Source of the DNA: an uncultured Cardiobacteriales bacterium
Lineage (GTDB): Bacteria; Pseudomonadota; Gammaproteobacteria; CAYWWW01
DNA: 64,000 nt
NCBI GenBank assembly: GCA_964462205.1
Contig: CAYWWW010000009.1
Location: 40,455 to 104,454 of the forward strand
Reading direction: 5' to 3'
A program made the position numbers and the translations under genes. Positions 9,879 to 17,654 of the stretch are shown here, piece by piece. Positions within the stretch are counted from its first letter, which is position 1. Every line of letters starts with the position of its first letter. Under the pieces are notes generated by a model. The model did not search any database, was not told the DNA's origin, and saw only the letters and a program-made list of their open reading frames with translations.

Positions 9879-10846
9879 GACGATACTCCATACAGACGTT
9901 GCGCCAACCAAAAATACAAATGTATCCCAATGAAAATATTAAAAGGAAATGTAACACCTAAAGAAGCGGCAATAGATAACCCGGGATTGGCTTCCGGCAC
10001 GGCAATCCGCATCGCCGCCGGCGCGGCAATATAGGAAGCGCTGGCATAAAGCGTTGCCAACAGCATTGCGCCACCCAATGACAAACCCAAAAGCCAAGCA
10101 GTAATAAGCCCTAATACGGCAGAAAACATCGGCATCAGGATGCCAAAAAGGCTGATAAATAAGCCGTATTGACGCAAAAGGCGCATCTGCGACCCCGCCA
10201 CCAAGCCCATTTCCAACAAAAACAAAGCCAAAACCCCTTTGAAGAGATCAAAAAATAACGGCTCCATCGGTTTGATATAGTCATGCCCTGCCGCATAACC
10301 AATAATCAAGCCACCGATGAGTAACAGCAAACTTTTACCGGCAAAAACCTCATGGAGCAGCTTCCCCCATTGACATTCCGCACTTTGGTTGCCAACCCGC
10401 GCCAAGATCACCCCCAACACCAAGGCTGGAAATTCTAAAAGCACTAGGAACACCACCATAAAGCCTTCATAATCAACATTATGCTGCATTAAAAATGCTA
10501 CAGCCACCGAAAAAGTCACCACGCTGACCGAACCATAATGCGCGGCTATCGAAGCGGCATCGGGACGCGGCAAACGTCCTAAAAAGCGCAAGATTGGAAA
10601 GGCCAATAAGGGAATAATCGCCGCCACCAGCACCACCATGCCACCGGTGAAGAAAATTTCACTTAAAGGATATTCGGTGAGCTTGACCCCGCCATGTAAG
10701 CCAATGGCTAACAACAAATAAATAGAGAGCGCTTCATAAAATGCCCCAGGAATTTTTAAGTCCGAACGCACAAAGCGTGCGATCAAGCCTAAAAGAAAAA
10801 ACAATACAACTGGCTCGCTCATCTCACTCCTTTTTTCATAACCCAT
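9875..10846 (-). CDS. sbtA: SbtA-family (DUF897/Sbt_1) putative Na+-dependent bicarbonate transporter
   Basis: 323 aa polytopic permease with SbtA-family-like sequence, paired with a P-II-like gene and embedded in the carboxysome locus. Confidence 0.6.
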   Translation of the reverse strand: MGYEKRSEMSEPVVLFFLLGLIARFVRSDLKIPGAFYEALSIYLLLAIGLHGGVKLTEYPLSEIFFTGGMVVLVAAIIPLLAFPILRFLGRLPRPDAASIAAHYGSVSVVTFSVAVAFLMQHNVDYEGFMVVFLVLLEFPALVLGVILARVGNQSAECQWGKLLHEVFAGKSLLLLIGGLIIGYAAGHDYIKPMEPLFFDLFKGVLALFLLEMGLVAGSQMRLLRQYGLFISLFGILMPMFSAVLGLITAWLLGLSLGGAMLLATLYASASYIAAPAAMRIAVPEANPGLSIAASLGVTFPFNIFIGIHLYFWLAQRLYGVSS

Positions 10847-10891
10847 ATTAAGCAGTCAAATGCTTTATCACTTAACACAAAACTTTTCGAT

Positions 10892-13237
10892 TCAACGTGT
10901 TAAAGATAAATATAAGGCTGGCAATTTTTCTGGCAAACGGCTGACGCTATCAAGTACCAGATAATTTTTGGCACCAAAAATCCGCGACACATATTGATCG
11001 GCGCGTGGGTCGAGACTCACGCAATAGGTGGCAATGCCTTGCCGTTGCAATTCCTCGACCGCACGTTTGCTATCCAGACGCAAATATTGCGGGTCGCGGA
11101 CATCGTTATCAGCAGGTTCACCATCCGTTAATAATAAAATCAACTTTCTAGCGCTGCCGCGTTGTTGCAACTTGGCACCGGCATGACGCAAGGCCGCGCC
11201 CATGCGCGTGGACAATTGACCGGTAATGCCCGCCAGTCGCGCTTTGGCCGCTTGTTTATAAGGTTCATCGAAATCCTTGATGCGATAATATTCCACTTCA
11301 TGCCGACCGTTGGAATCAAAGCCATGAATCGCAAAAGGATCACCGATTTTCGCTAATGATTCTGCCAATAATGCCGCCGCTTCTTTGGCCAAGGCCAAAA
11401 CTGTGGTTGCGGATGCGGCACCAGCAATGGGATCATTGGTGGACTGTGAGAGATCAATCAGCAAGATCACTGATAAATCACGCACATGCAAACGGGTACG
11501 CACGCCAATGCGCGGGTCAGGTTGCTGTCCCATACGAATATCCACCAAAGCACGAATGGCAGCATTGAGGTCAATATCATCGCCATCCTCAACTTTACGA
11601 ATGCGTTGCACACCCTGCGGCTGCAAGGCTTCCATCAAGCGTTTTAGCCGATTTACCAAAGGCTTATGCGTTAAAATAATCTGATCAATCGCCGCGGCAT
11701 CGCCATTTTTTGGCCGCTTTTCAAATAACGTCACCCAATCGGGACGCTCTAACTGCGTCAAATAATCCCATTCAGGATAGGTCACTGGTGCCGACACCGG
11801 CGCTTTGCCTTCTTTTTCGTTTAAGCTAACGCCATCATCTTCATAAAATTCCGTCGGCAGCACCCAGATTTCTTGCGCGTCATCGCCGGCGTATTCCACA
11901 TCCAAGGCATTGATCATTTCCATCAAACTGACATATTTACGCTGTGCTGCTTTTGGCAAGTGCATTTTTTCCGAAAACTTTTCTAAATCCGGTAGTTGCC
12001 ACAGATGCCGATTATCATCCCGATACACCGCCGCAAAATCGCGTTTTTGCCAAGAATAGGTCGCAAGCGCTTGTGCCAGGGTTTGTCCTTGTGCTTGAAT
12101 AAATTCACGGGTGTGCCAATCGGTACTTTGATGGAAAGCGCTTACTAGGTTTTTAATAAAATCAGGAAGTTCAGCATTGAGATGCGCTACATCTAATAAA
12201 GCGGCACTGCACTGTTCTAAAAGATTAACCACTTCCCACGGTTTGTTAATTTCTTGATTTTTAAGCGCAGGTATTATCAGCAAAGACGACCACAACGTCT
12301 TTAAGCCAGGAAAAGACTGAATAGCCAAACGCTCAACCCGCGCATCTTCAAGCATCCCAATGCACAGTTTGGTTAAGGCGGGTGCATCCAGAAGCGCTTG
12401 AAAAGGCGCTGAATAAACGGCATGTGCCGCAGCGTGCGCAGCAGCGGCACGATAAATCAACAAACCGCTCACCGGCGCTTGTCCTTCCGGGGCATAATCA
12501 TCAAAGGCATCTGGCAGATAGATAAAAAAATCTTCCAAAAATGGCCGATAACCTTGACGATTTTCAAAGTCGCCGGAGGTCGGACGTAGTAAAAAATCGC
12601 GTCCCCACAAAGCGCGTAAGTACATGATTAAACGGCGTTGTACTTGTACAAATAAAGTACCGCGTTGTTCGCGTTTCATAATCGCCTGACTTTCTTCCGA
12701 AACGAGGCTGAAATATAAACCTTGCGCGTTGAAATCATTTTTATAGGCTGAGGCACCCCACAGCGCCCAGCGGCGCAAGCCGCCCAAGGTCAGATGCGTC
12801 AACAAAAGGTCAATTTTTTCCAGCATGGGCCGCAAAGCGCGAGGAATTTGCGTCAACAGATAATCCAATAGACTTAAATAACCTTTGAATAATTCGGCTT
12901 CACCCAGACGCGCTGCTGCCACTGGTGCGGTGGAAAACAAGAGTTCCAAAACACCGACGCTGGTTTTGGCATACATCTTGATGGCGGTGGAAAATAAGTC
13001 CTGCGCCGCACCTTCGCCCAATTCTCGCGCCACCGCTGGCGCACTTTCTAAATAGGCCAAAACCAAAGATGAGCCGCGTCCTAAGGATTTTAGGCTCTGT
13101 GCCGCTTGTAGATAATTTTGCAAGCCTTGGTTTGAAAAAACTTTTACCGCGTCCTGCCATAAGGCTTGCAACAACGCTTCGGCTTCGGGACCTAAATCCG
13201 CCAAAACATCGCGGTAATCTGCTAATAATAAAGACAT
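10892..13237 (-). CDS. cbbO: CbbO, von Willebrand factor A-domain RuBisCO activase partner of CbbQ
   Basis: 781 aa. The C-terminal VWA domain carries a MIDAS motif DLSQS and a downstream LLLTDGEP segment. Size and context match CbbO. Confidence 0.8.
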   Translation of the reverse strand: MSLLLADYRDVLADLGPEAEALLQALWQDAVKVFSNQGLQNYLQAAQSLKSLGRGSSLVLAYLESAPAVARELGEGAAQDLFSTAIKMYAKTSVGVLELLFSTAPVAAARLGEAELFKGYLSLLDYLLTQIPRALRPMLEKIDLLLTHLTLGGLRRWALWGASAYKNDFNAQGLYFSLVSEESQAIMKREQRGTLFVQVQRRLIMYLRALWGRDFLLRPTSGDFENRQGYRPFLEDFFIYLPDAFDDYAPEGQAPVSGLLIYRAAAAHAAAHAVYSAPFQALLDAPALTKLCIGMLEDARVERLAIQSFPGLKTLWSSLLIIPALKNQEINKPWEVVNLLEQCSAALLDVAHLNAELPDFIKNLVSAFHQSTDWHTREFIQAQGQTLAQALATYSWQKRDFAAVYRDDNRHLWQLPDLEKFSEKMHLPKAAQRKYVSLMEMINALDVEYAGDDAQEIWVLPTEFYEDDGVSLNEKEGKAPVSAPVTYPEWDYLTQLERPDWVTLFEKRPKNGDAAAIDQIILTHKPLVNRLKRLMEALQPQGVQRIRKVEDGDDIDLNAAIRALVDIRMGQQPDPRIGVRTRLHVRDLSVILLIDLSQSTNDPIAGAASATTVLALAKEAAALLAESLAKIGDPFAIHGFDSNGRHEVEYYRIKDFDEPYKQAAKARLAGITGQLSTRMGAALRHAGAKLQQRGSARKLILLLTDGEPADNDVRDPQYLRLDSKRAVEELQRQGIATYCVSLDPRADQYVSRIFGAKNYLVLDSVSRLPEKLPALYLSLTR

Positions 13238-13240
13238 ACT

Positions 13241-13870
13241 TTAATCCGGCCAAATAGAACGGGGATGCAGAACGGGTGCTTGGTTTAAGGTATCTTGCGT
13301 GCCATATTTTTCATGACTTTTTTCGCTACCATCGCCGGCAGTGTTTTCAGGACTCGATACAGCGGTTTTTTCGGCACTTTTTTCGTCGCTTTTTTCATTA
13401 CTTGACGCGGCGGTTTTTTCAGCGCTTTTTTCGTCACTTTTTTCATTGCCTGAGGCGGCGGTTTTTTCAGCGCTTTTTTCGTCACTTTTTTCATTGCCTG
13501 AGGCGGCGGTTTTTTCAGGACTGGAGGCAGTACTGATTTCATTATTTTGATTTTCTTGTATTTTTTCAGAAACCTGTCCTTCAGAAGCCGCGCTCTCATC
13601 GGTGGTTGCCGAAGCAGCCGCAGACGTGTCTGGCGCTGGTTTTCGTCCTTCTGGCCAATGTTCGTGGATGGCTTGACTCAGTTTTTCGCGTTGTTCCTGC
13701 ATCTGGGTGCTGGCCTCTTGGAGGCGTTGGCCGATACTTTCGATGGAATTTTTAGTAGAATTTTCAGTAGCTTGATCAGCAGGACTTGTCGTCTTAGCAG
13801 CGTTTTGGCTGCGACGCGCAGAAGATTGGCGGCTTTTGGGAGAAGAATTATCATCAGGTAAGGTCATCAC
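13241..13870 (-). CDS. acidic Ser/Lys/Glu-rich intrinsically disordered protein with tandem 16-aa repeats; unknown function, in cso operon
   Basis: 209 aa of low complexity with repeats of EKTAASGNEKSDEKSA. Its stop abuts the cbbO start (4-nt spacing) and its start lies 50 nt after the acRAF stop, so it is operonic. Confidence 0.5.
   Translation of the reverse strand: MMTLPDDNSSPKSRQSSARRSQNAAKTTSPADQATENSTKNSIESIGQRLQEASTQMQEQREKLSQAIHEHWPEGRKPAPDTSAAASATTDESAASEGQVSEKIQENQNNEISTASSPEKTAASGNEKSDEKSAEKTAASGNEKSDEKSAEKTAASSNEKSDEKSAEKTAVSSPENTAGDGSEKSHEKYGTQDTLNQAPVLHPRSIWPD
13359..13502. repeat. 48-bp tandem repeat, about 3 copies (two are exact), within the disordered-protein ORF
   Basis: The unit ttttttcagcgcttttttcgtcacttttttcattgcctgaggcggcgg occurs at 13407-13454 and again at 13455-13502, preceded by a diverged copy. 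Confidence 0.8.
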
Positions 13871-13923
13871 TTTGCTCCTGAAAAGGCGAAAAAAGACGGA
13901 TTTATCCGCAGAAGCGACAGCGC

Positions 13924-14190
13924 TTACGATGTTTTTGCAGCCGTCAGGAGGCGTTCAGCACGATGCGCGAAAGCAATTTCCTCGGCAGTAAAAGTGGCTG
14001 CCAGCGGATAAAGAGTTAATAAAATATGGGCACGCGAAAAATTGATATTGGGATAAATTTTTGTTTCTTCAGATAAATCAGCCAAGGCATCCATTGCGTT
14101 TTTTACCTCGGCATACACCAAAAAATCGGCGCGGCGGGTCGCCAAACAGGGACGTGGCTGATACTGCCAAGTTACGGGAAAATCAGACAT
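13924..14190 (-). CDS. pterin-4a-carbinolamine dehydratase-like protein; likely alpha-carboxysome RuBisCO assembly factor (acRAF)
   Basis: 88 aa with a PCD/DCoH-like size and pattern but a degenerate active-site motif (YPN instead of HHP). It sits immediately after the bfr-like gene, where acRAF is found in known cso loci. Confidence 0.5.
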   Translation of the reverse strand: MSDFPVTWQYQPRPCLATRRADFLVYAEVKNAMDALADLSEETKIYPNINFSRAHILLTLYPLAATFTAEEIAFAHRAERLLTAAKTS

Positions 14191-14197
14191 GGCGAAG

Positions 14198-14698
14198 TTA
14201 GCCTCGTGGAGATTCAGATGCCGAAGTCAGCACCGCAGCATCCCGATGCAGAGATGCATTCTTAGGTATATTCCCAGATGACTGCGTTGGCGCTTGCCAA
14301 TGCGCGAGATGCGCCTGTTCTTCGGCCAGTAAATCGGCAAACAATTTTGCCGTAGCCGGGAAGCGTAGGCGTGCCGCCAAGTCAGCAGCGGACTGATACA
14401 GAAAAACAACATCGCTTTCAATCTGTTGATTGATAGCTTGTAGTTGTGCCCAGGAATGACCAACCCGCGCTGGTGTAAGGCGCGTGGCACCAGGAACGAT
14501 ACCATGCGCCAAAAGATGTGCGATCAGCCGTTCGGCATGTTCTTGTTCTTCCAAGGCTTCCGCACGCAACTGCGCCGCCTCTGCCAAAAGTCCCCAAGCA
14601 GCACAGAGTTGGCTTTGCGTCAGATAATGCTGTACAGCGCTCAATTCATGCGCCAAGGCATCTTGTAAAAAAGCTAAAATACGCGGATGTAGATACAT
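14198..14698 (-). CDS. bacterioferritin-like / ferritin-like domain protein associated with carboxysome operon
   Basis: 166 aa, helical, with ExxH-type motifs (EEQEHAERL). The position after the csoS1 genes matches known loci. Confidence 0.65.
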   Translation of the reverse strand: MYLHPRILAFLQDALAHELSAVQHYLTQSQLCAAWGLLAEAAQLRAEALEEQEHAERLIAHLLAHGIVPGATRLTPARVGHSWAQLQAINQQIESDVVFLYQSAADLAARLRFPATAKLFADLLAEEQAHLAHWQAPTQSSGNIPKNASLHRDAAVLTSASESPRG

Positions 14699-14742
14699 CG
14701 CTTTGACTTCTAAAAATTTTTTGGCTAAAAATTTTCGGTTTT

Positions 14743-15075
14743 TTAGCTTTGAATAACCTGCATATCGCGGCCATCATCGGCATCCGCAGGTTTTTTCGGC
14801 AGAATATTTTCGACTTCGGAATGCACCCGCGCAATGATGTGCGCGGCCACCAAACCATCGCCCACCCGTTCACAGGCATCCGCACCAGCACGAACCGCCG
14901 CATTCACCGCGCCAGTTTCGCCACGAACTAAAACCGTGACATAACCACCACCGACAAATTGCCGACCAATTAAACGCACTTCAGCAGCCTTGGTCATGGC
15001 ATCGGCGGCTTCAATCGCCGGCACTAAGCCACGGGTTTCAATCATGCCTAAGGCAATACCGGTAATTTCAGCCAT
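14743..15075 (-). CDS. csoS1: CsoS1 carboxysome shell hexamer protein (BMC-H), CsoS1B-like with C-terminal tail
   Basis: MAEITGIALGMIETRGLVPAIEAADAMTKAAEVRLIGRQ... is the canonical BMC domain. 110 aa with a short acidic C-terminal extension. Confidence 0.9.
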   Translation of the reverse strand: MAEITGIALGMIETRGLVPAIEAADAMTKAAEVRLIGRQFVGGGYVTVLVRGETGAVNAAVRAGADACERVGDGLVAAHIIARVHSEVENILPKKPADADDGRDMQVIQS

Positions 15076-15133
15076 TTTTTGTATTCTCTAAATAAAAAGT
15101 TAAAAAATCAAAAGTTAATTCAAGAACCACCGC

Positions 15134-15430
15134 TTAAATTTGCGGCGCTTTGGGTAAAATATTTTCGACTTCGGAATGCACCCGCGCAATGATGTGTGCA
15201 GCCACCAAACCATCGCCCACCCGTTCACAGGCATCGGCACCAGCACGCACTGCCGCATTCACCGCGCCGGTTTCGCCACGAACTAAAACCGTGACATAAC
15301 CGCCACCGACAAATTGCCGACCAATTAAACGCACTTCGGCGGCCTTGGTCATAGCATCGGCGGCTTCAATCGCCGGGACTAAGCCACGGGTTTCAATCAT
15401 GCCTAAAGCAATACCAGTAATATCAGCCAT
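15134..15430 (-). CDS. csoS1: CsoS1 carboxysome shell hexamer protein (BMC-H)
   Basis: 98 aa, near-identical to the neighbouring copy. Canonical CsoS1A-like sequence. Confidence 0.9.
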   Translation of the reverse strand: MADITGIALGMIETRGLVPAIEAADAMTKAAEVRLIGRQFVGGGYVTVLVRGETGAVNAAVRAGADACERVGDGLVAAHIIARVHSEVENILPKAPQI

Positions 15431-15536
15431 CAGTTTTCTCCTAGAGTTTTGTTAAAAAAAGTAAAATTTATAATAAAAGTAAATTAAAAATAAACGAAAT
15501 CTTTAATAAAAAGCCAATGCTTAGAATTTAATATTT

Positions 15537-15785
15537 TTAAGGTTGCCAGTGGTCAATAATGCCAAGGATCGTTAAGTCAGTTAAAACGGTTTTTTTGTCC
15601 ATCAACGCCACCCGTGCGGCGCTGCCACTGACGGTAATCACCCAAGCGCCATCGCCTGCACCCACTGGATCAACGGCGACACTCAAGGCACCTTTGCTGT
15701 CTTGCAAAACGCGCAGGGAAATATTTTGCAAACCGGGATGCCGACGGGAGACTACCAAATCCGAACGCACTTTCATGATTTCCAT
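15537..15785 (-). CDS. csoS4B: CsoS4B carboxysome vertex pentamer (BMC-P, EutN/CcmL family)
   Basis: MEIMKVRSDLVVSRRHPGLQNISLRV...GIIDHW is BMC-P. The start is taken at the internal Met to remove the overlap with csoS4A. Confidence 0.85.
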   Translation of the reverse strand: MEIMKVRSDLVVSRRHPGLQNISLRVLQDSKGALSVAVDPVGAGDGAWVITVSGSAARVALMDKKTVLTDLTILGIIDHWQP

Positions 15786-15795
15786 GAATTTTTTC

Positions 15796-16047
15796 CTAGT
15801 CCGGGTTCCAGTGGTCAATAATGCCAACGATGGTTAAATCGGAAGGATATTCCTTGCTACCCGCCGCATCCCGCGCCGCCGAGGAACCGACGCAGATCAC
15901 CCAGTCGCCAGGCGCACAACCGATAGAATCCACCGCCACTTGCCGTGCGCCACCGGCTTTTTCGCGTACCACCAACAATGGCCGATGCCCTAAGGAGGAG
16001 ATGCGGTTGGTAGAGATTAAGGTTTTTTCAACCTGCATGATTTTCAT
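15796..16047 (-). CDS. csoS4A: CsoS4A carboxysome vertex pentamer (BMC-P)
   Basis: MKIMQVEKTLISTNRI...VGIIDHW, 83 aa, BMC-P family. Confidence 0.85.
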   Translation of the reverse strand: MKIMQVEKTLISTNRISSLGHRPLLVVREKAGGARQVAVDSIGCAPGDWVICVGSSAARDAAGSKEYPSDLTIVGIIDHWNPD

Positions 16048-17651
16048 GCCAATCCTTCCTCCAGCAATTCCAGGGGACTTATCAGCGTCTGACTTTGTAA
16101 AGTCAGTTGAAAGGCCAATAAGCCTTTGCTAACCAAGTCAGGAAAGCGTTGCATGATCGCCTGTTTTACCCGCCGAGCTTTTTCTGCTACCCGTTCTCGC
16201 GAACCGGGGACATGCGCATCATAGCGATAATGAATGGCGACAGGGATCGGCAGACCACGCGACACATTGAGTTTCTTGAAAATTTTCACGCCGACATCTA
16301 AATCCGCTGCGCCTTCCTCGACGGTATCCAGATGCGCGTAATAGGCGATATTGCGCATCTGAAGCGCTTCAATGCGCTCGCCTACCGCCAGATAGCGTTC
16401 TTGATGGCCAAAATCGGGATAGAAGCCGTCGTGCTCATCAATCACATATTGAATCTGCGAGAGGTTTTTGATCAATAAGGTCGCAATAAAGCGCCGCATC
16501 CCCTCCGGCATTTCGCCGACACCAGCACCCCAGCCGGTTTTTTTCGCGGCAATCGCCATCGCTTGATAGATCGCCAAACGCGCTGCATCGGCTGAAAGAT
16601 TTAAGGTATTTTGATAAATTTCCGCATTATCAACAAAGCGATAGGGCGATAAGTCGCCATTAGCATCCGGTAAATGCACGCGGATGGCATCAATATCCGT
16701 ATCCAAACCCAAAAGCAGGATGCTGGTTTTGCCACCAAAACGGTTTTCTACGCCAGCGCGAAATTGCCATAAGCGCTGCAATGCTGCTTCTAAGGCTACT
16801 GCGGTATTGCTGTGATGTGCCGCACAACCTTCGTGATGGGGATTTTGTGAACTGTAATGATAGACGGCAACTTTTAAGTACTGACGATCATCTTGAGCGC
16901 TATTACTTTGATAACGCTTGAGTTCTATCGCTGACCAATCACGCAGGTCTTCTTCCACATCAAATAAACTTCCCGCATAGGCTTTGATCAACAGATTGGC
17001 TGACAAAGGCAGACGCAAAATATAAGCCGCCAAACCAGTCAACCGGCCATCGGCACAGGGCGTAATGTCCAGCGTATGAAAACCACAGTCGGCAAGAAAA
17101 TTATCCAAGGCTTGCGCATCGCCGGGCAAAGCTGCTGGACATTCGGCGACAAAGCCACGGATCGCCGCAAATAATGTGTGTGCATACAACGCCGGCACAT
17201 TTAAGCCATGAATCCAAGCATCATTGAGATACTGCTCAGGCAAAAGATGACCTAAAACCATTTCGGCTTGCGCCTGGGCTTCGATAGCAAAAGCGACTTC
17301 ATGCTGTTTGGCCGAAAGCTGTCGCAAAAACGGCATGATTTTTTTGCAGTTGCCTTTGAGCAGTTGCTCTAAATCGGCAAGTTTGTGATTTTCAGCCTGA
17401 TCAGCCAGCGGATGCTGGCAAGCCTTGGCTGGCAAAGACGGACAAGCCGGGTGTAGCGCATCGCTGCCTGACCAAGTGAGCGTTGTCGTTGCCAGGCTGG
17501 TGATATTTTGCGCGGCATTGGCATGTGTCGCGGTTGCTGCTGTTTTTTCGGTTTTTTTTGCCGATAAATCTTGCTTGACAGTCGCTTGCACGCCTGCAGG
17601 CTTTGGCAGCAAGTTGGCTTGCAAACGGCGAGAAAGTCGCGTTTTTTTCAT
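16044..17651 (-). CDS. csoS3: CsoS3 / CsoSCA carboxysomal carbonic anhydrase
   Basis: 535 aa. The segment LDITPCADGRL is consistent with the Cys-Asp zinc-site region, with a downstream His/Cys pair (GCAAHHS). It occupies the canonical position between csoS2 and csoS4A. Confidence 0.8.
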   Translation of the reverse strand: MKKTRLSRRLQANLLPKPAGVQATVKQDLSAKKTEKTAATATHANAAQNITSLATTTLTWSGSDALHPACPSLPAKACQHPLADQAENHKLADLEQLLKGNCKKIMPFLRQLSAKQHEVAFAIEAQAQAEMVLGHLLPEQYLNDAWIHGLNVPALYAHTLFAAIRGFVAECPAALPGDAQALDNFLADCGFHTLDITPCADGRLTGLAAYILRLPLSANLLIKAYAGSLFDVEEDLRDWSAIELKRYQSNSAQDDRQYLKVAVYHYSSQNPHHEGCAAHHSNTAVALEAALQRLWQFRAGVENRFGGKTSILLLGLDTDIDAIRVHLPDANGDLSPYRFVDNAEIYQNTLNLSADAARLAIYQAMAIAAKKTGWGAGVGEMPEGMRRFIATLLIKNLSQIQYVIDEHDGFYPDFGHQERYLAVGERIEALQMRNIAYYAHLDTVEEGAADLDVGVKIFKKLNVSRGLPIPVAIHYRYDAHVPGSRERVAEKARRVKQAIMQRFPDLVSKGLLAFQLTLQSQTLISPLELLEEGLA

Positions 17652-17654
17652 AGC

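Noticed and set aside
11140-11684. Several 60-100-aa ORFs on both strands inside cbbO
   Set aside because: Embedded in a confidently assigned 781-aa gene, with no independent support.
13276-13599. Alternative-frame ORFs (86 aa, 69 aa on plus; 104 aa on minus) across the 48-bp repeat array
   Set aside because: Artefacts of the tandem repeat keeping all frames open. Only the 13241-13870 minus frame fits operon spacing (start next to the acRAF stop, stop abutting the cbbO start).
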